Below, in pieces: positions 1 to 18,531 of a stretch of DNA of 64,000 nt. The translations under genes were made by a program, and so were the position numbers. The notes beneath the pieces are model-generated. The model saw only the letters and a list, made by a program, of their open reading frames with translations. It did no database searches and had not been told where the DNA came from. Each line of letters opens with the position of its first letter. Position 1 is the first letter of the stretch. The DNA comes from Octopus vulgaris (Eukaryota), in NCBI GenBank assembly GCA_951406725.2, contig OX597833.1, positions 15,252,001 through 15,316,000 of the forward strand, read 5' to 3'.

Positions 1-378
1 GTATCGCACGGCGTTGCTCGGGTTTGTAAGGGAAATAACTATAAAGCATTTTTAGAGAGTTATAGCCAAAAAATAGCAAAAAAAAGGGAAAAAAAATGAT
101 GGTAAATTTTATTTTGAGAGTTAAAAAGGTCGAGTTGCGTCCCCTAGACAGTCTGTGGTTTGTGTTTCTGATTCTCGACCCCATGTCGAATTTATCGATT
201 TCTTTCAGAACTGGGAGAACTTTTCAAAATTTTCGCTGCGTTAGTTTTGAATTATGACATTGGGCTATGTGTGTTTCAAGTTTCATCAGAATCGGTTGAA
301 AGCCGTGGTAAGGGTGAGGGTACAACCTAACAGACACACAGACACGCAGACAGACAAACTGCCGTTTATATAGAGAGA
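1..378 (-). mobile_element. Non-autonomous Helitron-like element (3' end cut by the window edge)
   Basis: Bases 1-100 match 49620-49720 (the hairpin CCCGAGCAACGCCGGG-like end). The element ends in GA|T at 377-379, which is A|TC on the minus strand. Confidence 0.75.
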
Positions 379-380
379 TA

Positions 381-640
381 TTCTTTTATATTTTACATGA
401 TGGAGTTATTAGACTGCGGTCATGCTGGGGCACCGCCTTGAAGAAATTTAAGTGTAATATATCGACGCCAGAACTTTTTGGAAAACGTGGTACTTATTCT
501 ATCGGTTCCTTTTTCCCAGCCGCTAAGTTGCGGGGACGTAAACACACCAGCACCAGATGTCTAGCGGTGGTGGTAGAACAAACTGACACGCACTAACACA
601 CACAAATACACACACAAACACACACACACACACACACACA
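381..640 (-). mobile_element. Degenerate SINE family D, 3' part
   Basis: gactgcggtcatgctggggcaccgcc...ccgctaagtt...aaacacaccagca matches the copies at 42095-42490 and 48311-48737. Confidence 0.7.
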
Positions 641-799
641 CGCGTGCGAACACACATGTACATGCCTATCTAACGTGCGTACCTAACTGTATATATATCT
701 TAATCATCGTTATTTAACGTACGTTTTCCATGCTGGCATGGGTTCGGCAGTTTGACAGGATTCGGCAAGCAAGCCACAAAGCTACTTCTCACTACAGCA

Positions 800-877
<78 letters not shown>

Positions 878-977
878 TTTTATTTATTGAGATCGATCAT
901 TATCTGTGACTTGTTCGAACACTGTCTTCACGGCTACTTTGTTTATTGACCCAGGAAAAATTTAATTCCTGTAGTTA

Positions 978-1020
<43 letters not shown>

Positions 1021-1649
1021 TGCAGACACACGCAGAGGACGGGCTCCTTTCAGTTTCTTTCTCCCAAATCCACTCCGAAGGGTTTGGGTGACCTTAGGCT
1101 ACAGTCGAAGACAAACAAAGGTGACACGCACAGGTATTGAAACCGGAACGATGTGTTTGGGAAGCAAGCTTCTGACTACACGGCTCATCTTTCTCCTGGA
1201 ACATTTATATCAGAAACATATATATATTTCTCTGTTTTACGTCAGAATCCAAATTTTTCCGAGGTTATATACACGTTTTATTCGTCGGAAGGAATAAAGG
1301 TCGAATATGATTGTGAAGTCAAATACTAGACTAAAACGCACATCGAAATTGCCGGCATTGTGCATGAATTATACACACTACATTAGCACATTCGTCCAAA
1401 AAAAACAAGAATAAGTTATGGCATTTGTTGTCCGGAGATTTACGTTCTAATTACGCCGATGTTAACATCCAATCTTTCAATGGAAATAAGATAAAGTACC
1501 AGTCATCTTCTTGAGTCTATGTGATCGACTACTCGCCTTTACCCGCATTAATGAACCTAAAATTACTCGGCCATCACCACCACCACCACCACCACCATCA
1601 TCATATCGTAATCGTCATCATCATCATCATCATCATCATCCTCAACATC

Positions 1650-2169
1650 ATTAAAGTGACAGTGGGATAAAATATACGAAGCCGATACACTCATCATGAC
1701 TACCCCTCTGGTAAGGGTGCACCAGGCACATGCATCACAACCATATGTTTGCGACATAGTGATCACATATCAAGACAAACAGCTCATGACATTGCAGATG
1801 GGGCCCCAGTTAGGATTTTCTTCAGGTCCAGTAGCCAATCCCGCTCAAAAGATCGTTGAATAGGGTTTTTTTTTACGGATGGCGAACAAGACACCCACAT
1901 TTCCAAATGTGAATTATCCAAATCCCAAAGAATTACTCTCAACGCATGGCTATGATGCTTCCCCACTTCTGTTTCTGATAAGAGATGCACATATCGTCAG
2001 CCACTAAGGAACATGCTGAACTAGTTCAGATCAAGGAACCGACAAGCAAATTTGTGGTATCGAGTAGAATATTTGCTGTAGCCCATCTATTATAAAAGAC
2101 AAACAATTTACATGATAATAATTTCAGTCGGTTAAGACGAGAAGCCATAAGTGCTACTGCCTTGTACTG

Positions 2170-2170
<1 letters not shown>
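1650..2170 (-). mobile_element. 5'-truncated TAA-associated retroelement 3' region (non-coding)
   Basis: Reverse complement matches 38699-39158 and 32601-32742; it abuts (TTA)n at 2171-2229. Confidence 0.7.
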
Positions 2171-2229
<59 letters not shown>

Positions 2230-2400
2230 GTGATTGGCCTTTGCTTTGTATTTGTACAAGCTCACAAGTCTCACCCAGAGACTACAAGAGACAACAAGTC
2301 AGAAGTTCAAATTTTTGTTATTACTAGTGTGTCATATTTTATGGCTTTGCACAGAGTATTGTGTTAAAGCCTGTCTGTCAAAACATAAACAGATTAGAAG
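2230..2400 (-). mobile_element. Probable 3' end of an R4/Dong-type LINE
   Basis: Minus strand reads ...gtctctgggtgagacttg...aatcacat directly into (AAT)n. Family assignment is inferred from the TAA tail. Confidence 0.4.
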
Positions 2401-2819
2401 TTTGTTTTAAAACAAATTTTATTATAAGATGATAGTGTGATCTTAAGGTGACGGTAAAAGATATTTGTTATCATGTACATTAAAAATTATTGTTTACATT
2501 GTTTACAGATTAAAATATTTTCGAACAATAGTTTTCGTAGTATAGTAGTATATAAGCTGTTCCCATGAGCACTATTTTTTGAATTCTTTCCGTTTTTGGG
2601 TGTCCTGTTATCTGAGATAGGTAGTGTAACGAACTTCAATGTGAGTGTGAATATATATATTCTCTTGTACTTTCGGGGTACAAGAAAGCAATCACTAGCC
2701 GTTGCTTTCATAATCCAGAATTCTACCAGTCAGAAACAACAAGACGCAGACGTAAAAGATATATATACTACTTTATTCTCTTTCTTGGTAACAGTAACAA
2801 TAAGTGGTTATCTGATGTC

Positions 2820-3220
2820 CTTGGTTCGGGGCGCGCAAGGCTGAAAGTTAATCGATTGTAATATTTACAATGTTCAGCCGCTAAAAACAGAACGGGTTCA
2901 AGATGGCGTCGAACAGGGAAGATGAATGTGGTCGGCAACAATATGGTGAAAACCTTCGGCCGACTGCTATCAGAGATGGACAGAGAGAATATACGTGTAG
3001 TACCTTCGATAGCCATGTCCCAAGTCCCCGCTGACTGCTGCTAGTGGTCAAACGTTCTACGACCCCCTTGCCTCGCTAACTGCCACGTAGGCAAAAGGGT
3101 TCTTCCGGTGTTTCGCGCATGCGCGAGAGGGCCCTTCCTCTCTCTGCCTTGGTAAAGGCACCAACACGTGCGAAATACAAATGGACGGTGCGCGAGCGCG
3201 CGCCGTTGTATAGGATCACT
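2820..3220. promoter_or_regulatory. CpG-rich promoter-like island
   Basis: GC/CpG-rich unique sequence with an NRF1-type palindrome TCGCGCATGCGCGA (3113-3126), ETS CTTCCGG (3102-3108), E-box CACGTG (3165-3170) and YY1-type CAAGATGGCG (2899-2908). Confidence 0.55.
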
Positions 3221-3877
3221 ACAGTAGCAATCGACTCTTTCTGTTATAATTGCTAGACAACTTATAGCAACAGGTATTGTTTTAGTGTTGGGGTTCCACA
3301 TTTTGCCAAATTTTATTCCAGGATGTTTATTCTTGCTCAGTTTTTGGTAGGACTTGCCCAGATACACTTGTGTCGATGGCAACAGTCATATCGTTAAAAA
3401 AGGCGTGATTATTGTCTGAAAACCTTCAATATGTCTGGCCTATGTTAATCAATCTTTCTGTCGCTTTAACCCTTGGTCTACCAGGAAAATTGCATGTTAC
3501 CAACTGGGTCCAATGGGCCTAATATTTTTCTTTCAATTAGATTTTATTCAAACTGCCACTTTTTCTTAACTACTTTATACATGCTATCAGGTGAATAAAG
3601 AATTGCTGTATTTTTAATAAACATCAAACGATTTCGAAAAACTTGTAAGGAAGATGTTAACATACAGTAATATAATATGACACTGCGCTTTAGATAAAGC
3701 AGCAGAGATGCTGCATTATTTTTGAATGCATCAAGTGCACATCTGAAACATGACTATGGTGGTATAAATAAAAACAACTGCCACGATGCCAAGCTAGTTG
3801 CAACTGTACCAGACAGAATGATAATTACTTCGCTACTGCGGTGTGGAACTTCTGAAGTTCATGTTAGTTACAATATA

Positions 3878-4391
3878 TCTATATATATAAAACTGTAGTT
3901 GTGTGAGTGTCTGTCTCCTACGATTTAGATTCCTAACTCCTCCCACATTTTGCGGTGCAGTTTAACCAAATTCGGGTATCTTATAGTCGTTATTAATATC
4001 GAGCCCGTCTGGCTATTAGCGCGCGTCTACGATGAGGCTACGATTTTAAATATAATTTAACATCATTTTTTATTCCATTTTAAGGCATAATTTTTCGTGT
4101 GTCGATGGCGGCGGAGTTGGCGTCCACGCTCACAGCTGCACCTGTGTTTGCTTCTCCCCTTCTTCCCTCCCTCGTGAAGCTGTGGGGAAGGGAGTTTAAG
4201 GAAATCAACGTCGTAATGCGTTGTCAAGGAGACCAGCGTTCTTTTAGAACAACGACTTCATGGCTTGAAGACACCAAAACAGAAATGGCTAAGAAAGCCC
4301 GAATTGGCATCTATAAGGGAAGTAACTCTCTAAAAATGCTTATATAGTTATTTCCCTTACAAACCCGAGCAACGCCGGGCGATACTGCTAG
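3878..4391 (+). mobile_element. Non-autonomous Helitron
   Basis: A|TC start at 3877-3879, subterminal hairpin CCCGAGCAACGCCGGG, CTAG|T end at 4388-4392, no TSD; homologous to 49614-50010. Confidence 0.85.
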
Positions 4392-5150
4392 TTCTAAATA
4401 CAATGCAATTCGGATGATAATAGATATTAAACGAGAATAGAATGTAGTATAAGAGATTCTGTTCAAATAGTCATTTACTAATATTGATTTCTTAACAGTG
4501 GTTCTTAACAGAAGATTATTATGAAGAATTAGTTTGGTTTGAATAGACTACTTGCAGGTGTTACATTAAGGGAATTACCGAAACAGCGTGGTCTGCAATT
4601 TCGTAAATTGAATAGAGAGATCGCAGACTAATTATACTTGTTGCAGTACCTAAATTAAAATTCTTACCTCTCATAATAATGATTAATTATCTTTCTCATC
4701 CAGACTTGGCCGTAGAAAAACAAAGAACAAATAAGAAATGCAGAACATGTTATGTGGTGAAATATTGCGGTAGCCGCGATAATAACAAGAGGAAAATATG
4801 ATATTTTCTTGTTTTCTTTAGGACGGAATCAGGTTTGCAACGAAAATGGCGTCGGTGGTGGCCATATGATAGTTAAGGATGAAATATCGCTTATTTTAAA
4901 GAGTTGTTTACTGGTTTTATTTTATTGAGAATAATCTGCTATTCTATGATGAAGGTTACAAGGTTGTGGAGATTCAATAATTTGTTCCATACAAACAAGA
5001 AGTAAAGCAAGAAATAAAGTGTATCAAATACATGATATGACGTAGCACATGATGTTGTATGATCAGCAGAATATTTAACAATGAAATTAAACAAAAGCGC
5101 ATTCATTACACAAATGTTTTGTAGTCCGTAAAATTTTAAAGCATACGTAT

Positions 5151-5424
5151 ACTCCTTTACTCCTTTACTCCTTTACTTGTTTCAGTCATTTGACTGTGGC
5201 CATGCTGGAGCACCACCTTTAGTCGAGCAAATCGACCCCATGACTCATTCTTGTAAGCCTAGTACTTATTCTATCGGTCTCTTTTGCTGAACCGCTAAGT
5301 TACGGGGATGTAAACACACCAGCATCGGTTTTCAAGGGATGTTGGGTGGGGGGGGACAAACACACACACACACATATACATATATACGACGGGCTTTTTT
5401 TAGTTTCCGTCTACCAAATCCACT
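5151..5424 (-). mobile_element. SINE family D, cut off at a mariner insertion
   Basis: Tail (actccttt)n and body match 42095-42490; the sequence stops at the TA preceding the mariner TIR. Confidence 0.8.
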
Positions 5425-5428
5425 TATA

Positions 5429-6092
5429 TGAGGGGATACCTAAAAGTAACCGGAACGAACCCCAGTTGGAGTTCAGGCCTCTACCGCTAGAAAGCCACTT
5501 GATGCGACTCTCAGGCATCAGACTACCGATCCGGTGTCGTGTTGCTACGTGATGGGTTTTTGTTTGCAATGCTTCTCTCCTGTCCGTCGATTTTTGTGAT
5601 TGCTGAAACGAAGGAACAGCGTCCTTCCGTAAAATTCTGTTTTCTGCTGGGGAAACAGCGGCAAAAATATTGCCATGCTTCAGACAGCTTAAAAGAACGC
5701 TGCCATGTTTACGAGTGGTTACACAAGTTTACGAATGGTTTCAACGCTTTAGGAATGGTCAATTGTCGCTAGAAGACCAACCTCGCTGACGACGATGGTC
5801 AAACTTCTGAACGAATGAAAAAACCATGAAATTTCATGAATTGATCTTGGAGGATCGACACCGAACAAGGGACGAACTTTTTTATATGACTAGTGTGTCC
5901 TGGAGATCTGGCCAACGAAATTTCAACAAGGAATTGCGAACAAAAAGAGCTGCAGCAAAATTTGTCCCTCTCTTGTCAAAGAAGATCAAAAGCAGTCACG
6001 ACTGAACGCGTATCGTGAATTGAAAAAAACTGTTGGAACAGTTGACCCGCACCTTTTTCTCGAAGGTCACCACGGGTGACGAAAGCTGGTGT
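5429..6092 (+). mobile_element. Decayed Tc1/mariner transposon (5' TIR plus transposase pseudogene)
   Basis: TA|tGAGGGG...AAAAGTAACCGG TIR-like start. Frameshifted peptides EQRPSVKFCFLLGK, VYEW.HKF, ILEDR, AAKFVP and FSKVTTGDESWC are mariner HTH, WVPHEL-like and first catalytic Asp motifs. Confidence 0.85.
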
Positions 6093-6239
6093 TGCAGAGT
6101 TTGCAAATGTAGAATAGATGGTGAAGCAGAAAACACTTTGTTTCTAATGACAGAATACCCATTGTACGGACATGTTAGCCTATCACTTAGGATATCCCAG
6201 AAAAAAGGGTTCAGACTGACACACATCACCATATATATA

Positions 6240-6470
6240 TATTTCTTTACTACCCACAAGGGGCTAAACACATAGGGGACAAACAGGGACAGACAAACGG
6301 ATTAAGTCGATTATATCGACCCCAGTGCATAACTGGTACTTAATTTATCGACCCCGAAAGGATGAAAGGCAAAGTCGACCTTAGCGGATTTTGAACTCAG
6401 AACGTAACGGCAGACGAAATACGGCTACGCATTTCGTCCGGCGTGCTAACGATTCTGCCAGTCCGCCGCC
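6240..6470 (-). mobile_element. SINE family A monomer
   Basis: tRNA-like head with A-box-like TGGCAGAATCGTTAG and B box GAGTTCAAATCC; TSD atcaccatatatata. Confidence 0.85.
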
Positions 6471-6889
6471 TTCAATCACCATATATATATACACACTTTA
6501 CTCCACACAAGGACACATATGGAGACACGGATCCACCCATATAAAGATGCACATCCATACATACAAACATGGTACATAGTTGCATAGCACACACACACAC
6601 ACACAGACATGCACACACAAGGAGACAGAGGTGCATGCATATACAAACACATGCTCACACACACACACACATAGAAAATACACAAACACAGACATGCAAG
6701 CACATAAATACGCAGGATACATACATACGGATGCACACACATACATACATATATACATATGCATACACACACACATATATATATATATACACATGCAAAC
6801 ACAGACATACATACGTGGAAATTTTACCGGTGAGTGTGTTAAATTATAAGGCACAAAAAGAAAATGACTCTCCCCAGATATAACAGTAT

Positions 6890-6917
6890 ATATATGTATA
6901 TATATACATATATATAC

Positions 6918-6986
<69 letters not shown>

Positions 6987-6987
6987 C

Positions 6988-7078
<91 letters not shown>

Positions 7079-7107
7079 TATATACATCTATATATATATA
7101 CATATAT

Positions 7108-7152
<45 letters not shown>

Positions 7153-7219
7153 TATATACACATATATATATATATATACATATATCTATACATATATATA
7201 TATACATATATATACATAC

Positions 7220-7302
<83 letters not shown>

Positions 7303-7335
7303 CATATATATATACATATATCTATATATATATAC

Positions 7336-7396
<61 letters not shown>

Positions 7397-7451
7397 CATA
7401 TACACACATATATATATATACATACATGTATATATATATATACACACACAC

Positions 7452-7496
<45 letters not shown>

Positions 7497-7560
7497 GTGT
7501 ATAAAAATATGTATGCATATATAAACATATATACACACAGGCACACGCACATACACACAC
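6890..7560. repeat. Compound (TA)n/(TACA)n microsatellite
   Basis: Direct reading. Confidence 0.95.
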
Positions 7561-7916
7561 GTATTTGTATAGAATCAATTATGGCCAACACCGTCGAATT
7601 CTAAGGAACAACGCAGGATTGTTCGAAGTAAACAATCTCCGTGCATTTCATCCGATGGGGGTATCAAGGTTTTGCTGAGATGGATCACAAATAGTTTATT
7701 GAGTGTATATCCAATACGATTCAAATAAATAAGGTGAATAATACACCTACGCAGTTTTTTATTCTTACAGTCAATCACACAACATATTTAATTTAAATCT
7801 TCCCGACATATGTTTCTGCTGCATGGATATTTCGCAACGTGTTTAACATTTGCATCCAGTTTGCTCCTCTTGTTAAGTGACTACGTACATCTAGTCAAGG
7901 TGTTGTCACTATTATA

Positions 7917-8147
7917 TATTTCTTTACTACCCACAAGGAGCTAAACACAGAGAAGACAAACAAGGACAAACAAACGAATTAAGTCGATTACACCGACCCC
8001 AGTGCATAACTTGTACTTAATTTATCGACCCCGAAAGGATGAAATCCAAAGTCGACCTCGGCTGAATTTGAACTCGGAACGTAACGACAAACGAAATACG
8101 ACTACGCATTTCGCCCGGCGTGCTAACGATCCTGCCGGCTCGCCGCC
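7917..8147 (-). mobile_element. SINE family A monomer
   Basis: Same consensus; degenerate TSD tgttgtcactattata / tgttgttattattata. Confidence 0.85.
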
Positions 8148-8584
8148 TTTGTTGTTATTATTATAGTCTGATTTCAATTAAATCTACAATACACCCCCAC
8201 ACACACCCCACACATATATACAGAGAAAGCAAGAGAAAGGCGGACAGTGAGGGAGAGAGAAAGAGAGATCATTTTTAATTAGTGTATTTCTAAATAGTCG
8301 CCTCCAGCAACAGAGCATATTTCTCTTCTCTTTTAAGAGACAGCCAAAACATAGCGAACGCATTTACAAGTTAGAAGTATTTCATACTCAATATATCTTC
8401 AGAAGAAAGTTTCTGTCAGCAGCTGAAATATGATTATGAACAGAGCCATTATCCAACGATTGAACACCTGTAACACTAAGTTCACAATCTGCTGATAATA
8501 TATGAGAAATATAGAATATATAGTAACAAATACCCGAGTTTAGTATCGTCCGAGAAATCTTCGCTGGCTTGTTACACCAATACC

Positions 8585-10100
8585 TATTTTTTACTACCCA
8601 CAAGGGGCTAAACACAGAGGGGACAAACAAGGACAGACATAGGTATTAAGTCGATTATATCGACCCCATGCGTAACTGGTACTTATTTAATCGACCTCGA
8701 AAGGATGAAAGGCAATGTCGACCTCAGCGGAATTTGAACTCGGAACGTAACGGCAGACGAAATACCTATTTCTTTATTACCCACAAGGGGCTAAACATAG
8801 AGGGGACAAACAAGGACAGACAAACGGATTAAGTCGATTACATCGACCCCAGTGCGTAACTGGTACTTATTTAATCGACCTCGAAAGGATGAAAGGCAAT
8901 GTCGACCTCGGCGGAATTTGAACTCGGAACGTAACGGCAGACGAAATACCTATTTCTTTATTACCCACAAGGGGCTAAACACAGAGGGGACAAACAAGGA
9001 CAGATATAGGTATTAAGTCGATTATATCGGCCCCAGTGCGTAACTGGTACTTATTTAATCGACCTCGAAAGGATGAAAGGCAATGTCGACCTCGGCGGAA
9101 TTTGAACTCGGAACGTAACGGCAGACGAAATACCTATTTCTTTATTACCCACAAGGGGCTAAACACAGAGGGGACAAACAAGGACAGACATAGGTATTCA
9201 GTCGATTACGTCGACCCCAGTGCGTAACTGGTACTTAATTTATCGACCCCGAAAGGATGAAAGGCAATGTCGACCTCGGCGGAATTTGAACTCGGAACGT
9301 AACGGCAGACGAAATACCTATTTCTTTATTACCCACAAGGGGCTAAACACAGAGAGGACAAACAAGGACAGACAAACGGATTAAGTCGATTATATCGACC
9401 CCAGTGCGTAACTGGTACTTATTTAATCGACCTCGAAAGGATGAAAGGCAGTGTCGACCTCAGCGGAATTTGAACTCGGAACGTAACGGCAGACGAAATA
9501 CCTATTTCTTTATTACCCACAAGGGGCTAAACACAGAGAGGACAAACAAGGACAGACAAACGGATTAAGTCGATTATATCGACCCCAGTGCGTAACTGGT
9601 ACTTATTTAATCGACCTCGAAAGGATGAAAGGCAGTGTCGACCTCAGCGGAATTTGAACTCGGAACGTAACGGCAGACGAAATACCTATTTCTTTATTAC
9701 CCACAAGGGCTAAACATAGAGGGGACAAACAAGGACAGACATAGGTATTCAGTCGATTACGTCGACCCCAGTGCGTAACTGGTACTTAATTTATCGACCC
9801 CGAAAGGATGAAAGGCAGTGTCGACCTCGGCGGAATTTGAACTCACAACGTAACGGCAGACGAAATACCTATTTCTTTATTACCCACAAGGGGCTAAACA
9901 CAGAGGGGACAAACAAGGACAGACATAGGTATTCAGTCGATTACGTCGACCTCAGTGCGTAACTGGTACTTAATTTATCGACCCCGAAAGGATGAAAGGC
10001 AAAGTCGACCTCGGCGGAATTCGAACTCATAACGTAACGGCAGACGAAATATCGCAAAGCATTTCGCCCGGCGTGCTAACGTTCCTGCCGGCTCGCCGCC
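8585..10100 (-). mobile_element. SINE family A octamer: one 5' head plus eight ~183-bp body units
   Basis: Units start near 8581, 8763, 8947, 9131, 9315, 9499, 9683 and 9866; the head lies at ~10050-10100; one TSD ttg(t/c)tacaccaatacc flanks the whole array. Confidence 0.9.
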
Positions 10101-10789
10101 TTTTGCTACACCAATACCAACAACTGTAGGAACAACCTAGGCATTGAAGCACTAGCTTAAGTTCACTTTTTAAGTGGAACAAGTTCAGCATTTAAAGTAG
10201 CAGACACACATTTAACGTGTTTTATTTTGGGAGAAATATTTAAGGCAAACAGGCATAACACATTTACAATTAGAAATAGAAACTGAATCAGCATTAGAAA
10301 TATAAAAAAAATAGGACGTGTTATCTGTGTAATATGTAGCCATTTTAACCAAAATTTTATAAGTCCCTTCTGTAACTTATTTTGGTTATTTTACTTGATG
10401 AACGAACATAAGTATTCAAATATTTATATCCTCATCTGTGTGTTGTGCCTTCGTGTCGTTTAGAATTCCAATTAACATTTTTCTCAAAAGTATATAATGG
10501 AATACCGATGTACGAAAGTGGTATAATGAAAATACTAATACTAATACTAATACAGCGGTTAAAGAAAAATAGGTATTGGATTCAACGCTGTTCCATTGAT
10601 TCCAGCTCGAAATAATATATAGGACAATAACTTCATTATTACAATATCTCTACTCGCGGGGTTTTCTGAAAATAGTGCAAAATGAAATCTAATATACACA
10701 CACATGCATACACACATATATATACACATAATACACATCTATATAGATACTTATAATATATAGATACACACATACACACACACAAACAC

Positions 10790-10861
<72 letters not shown>

Positions 10862-11112
10862 ATGTAAATATATATATATATAGTGATGCATCGAGAGAAC
10901 AAGCTCTGATTCATGCTTATCACAATACGCTAAATTCAATAAGGTGTTCTGCACAATAGGACTGGCAACTATTTGAAACTGGAATGAATTTCTGTCGTAT
11001 TTGTGGAGTTTCTTTAAATATCATTGTTATAACAAAGCCAACGAGTATTATAGAAAAATCTATATTTTCCATCATGACAAAGCAACGTTGCACACTAGGC
11101 ATGTACATATAC

Positions 11113-11161
<49 letters not shown>

Positions 11162-11187
11162 TGTATATGTAGTTCCACACTAGCATA

Positions 11188-11960
<773 letters not shown>

Positions 11961-12316
11961 GAGAAGTGTGCGTGTATGTGTAGGTATAGAAAAGCGTTTG
12001 AAAAAATTTAGCCAGCAAATGGTGTTTTGTTCTGTTTGGAGAGAGGAAGAAAGAGAGAGAATGAGAGAGACAGACAAACCGACCGGCCGACAAACAGACA
12101 GATTGACAGGCAGCAGACAGATCAGAGTAAGGTTACTAAGTTAAATATGTGGCTTTATATAGTTAGCGATAAGTAAAATTATAGATAGACATTCACAAAT
12201 GTATGGCTACGGTAATGGCAACAACAATATGCGCCATGACGGCTTTGTCCTGATGTTGGCACACGAATGGGTTTATTGTGTGTACATCATTGAAGTGTAT
12301 ATCATTGAAAAGTGAA

Positions 12317-12652
12317 GGCGCGTGGCTCAGTGGTTAGAGCGTCGAGCTTACGATCGTGAGGTTGTGAGCTCGAATCCCGGACCGGGCTGCGTGTTGTGTT
12401 CTTGAGCAAGACACTTTATTTCACGTTGCTGCAGTTCACTCAGCTGTAGAAATGAGTTGCGACGTCACAGGTGCCAAGCTGTATCGCCCCCTTTGCCTTT
12501 CCCTTGGACAACATCGGTGACGTGGAGAGGGGAGGCCGGTATGCATGGGCGACTGCTGATCTTCCATAAAAAACAACCTTGCCCAGACTTGTGCCTCAGA
12601 GAGTAACTCTCTAGGTGCAAACACATGGTGAGTGTCTGACCGAAGGGGGTCA
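12317..12652 (+). mobile_element. SINE family B (tRNA head, CORE-like body)
   Basis: A box TGGCTCAGTGG, B-box-like GAGCTCGAATCCC, then tgtgttcttgagcaagacacttta; near-identical to 28912-29236. Confidence 0.85.
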
Positions 12653-12931
12653 CCATCATTGAACTTAGATGTGCTGCCATTTTACAATATACATATATTT
12701 CGTATGTTTTATATTTTAATATCATATCATCATCGTTGCAATCGTAAGAATTCAATTTCACGTTCGCGACTAACCATGTTCGCAATTTTGCATTTATGCT
12801 GGTGTTGCCGTGAGTAAATTTATCCAAGTTGATGTGTATACATTTGTTTATAAGAGTGTGTGAGCACGCTTTTATGTATCTGCTTATGAGCTGTGATGTA
12901 TACGTGTAACTATTACTGCATACGTATAATC

Positions 12932-12963
<32 letters not shown>

Positions 12964-13109
12964 TATATGCGTGTATGTATTTGTATATATGTGTGTGTGT
13001 GCAAGTGTCTTTTGTGTCTGTGTCTGAGTAACAGCATGTAAAGATTTTACAGGCTTTAATAAATATTGTGTGTATATATATATACATATATATATACATA
13101 TATATATAC

Positions 13110-13140
<31 letters not shown>

Positions 13141-13421
13141 CATATATAATTTACATATATATATGTAAATTTACATATATATATATGTAAATTTACATAT
13201 GTATATATAAATTTACATATATATACGTAAATTTACATATATATGTGTAAATTATCTTGTAAATTATGTATAAAGTTTTACCTTTAAAGGCATTTATTGA
13301 TATGCTGGCGATTGATAAAAATTTTTTCCCGAAAATTTTTTTATCCTATATTAATTATATACATATATATATATACATATATATATATATACAGATATAT
13401 ATATATATATATATACATATT

Positions 13422-15895
<2,474 letters not shown>

Positions 15896-15899
15896 AATC

Positions 15900-18134
<2,235 letters not shown>

Positions 18135-18135
<1 letters not shown>

Positions 18136-18472
18136 TCAACGGAACAACCTGCTCGTGAAATTAACGTGCAAGTGGCTGAGCACTCCACAGACACGTGATA
18201 CCCCTTAACGTAGTTCTCGGGCAGATTCCGCGTGACACACAGTGTGACAAGGCTGGTTCTTTGAAATACAAGTACAACAGAAACAGGAAGAAAGAGTGAG
18301 AGAAAGTAGTGGTGAAAGAATACAGCAGGGATCGCCGCCACCGACTGCCGTAGCCTCGTGGAGTTTTAGGGGTTTTATCTCAATAAACCCTCACAACGCC
18401 CAGACTGGAAATCGAAACTGAGATCCCACGACCGCGAGTCGCTGCCCTAACCACTGGGCCATTGAAACTCCA
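18135..18472 (-). mobile_element. SINE family C (tRNA-derived)
   Basis: Head on the minus strand (tggcccagtggttagggcagcg...gtttcgatttcc) matches 23141-23531 and 24543-24914. Confidence 0.85.
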
Positions 18473-18499
18473 TAAACACACACACACACACACACGCAC

Positions 18500-18531
<32 letters not shown>

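Noticed and set aside
2768-3016. 82-aa minus-strand ORF (MAIEGTT...)
   Set aside because: No recognisable motif; more likely UTR or promoter sequence.
3466-3870. piggyBac-like end (TTAA-CCCTT)
   Set aside because: No matching right TIR or transposase remnant found.
6476-7604. Long YI/IY-rich ORFs (also at 11-12 kb, 16-18 kb, 46 kb and 60-62 kb)
   Set aside because: Translations of (TA)n/(CA)n microsatellites.
8585-10100. CRISPR-like array or retrozyme
   Set aside because: The units are contiguous with no unique spacers, and I found no hammerhead core in either strand of the unit.
12317-12390. tRNA gene
   Set aside because: A and B boxes are present but run on into a SINE body; no complete cloverleaf. 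The same applies to the other SINE heads.
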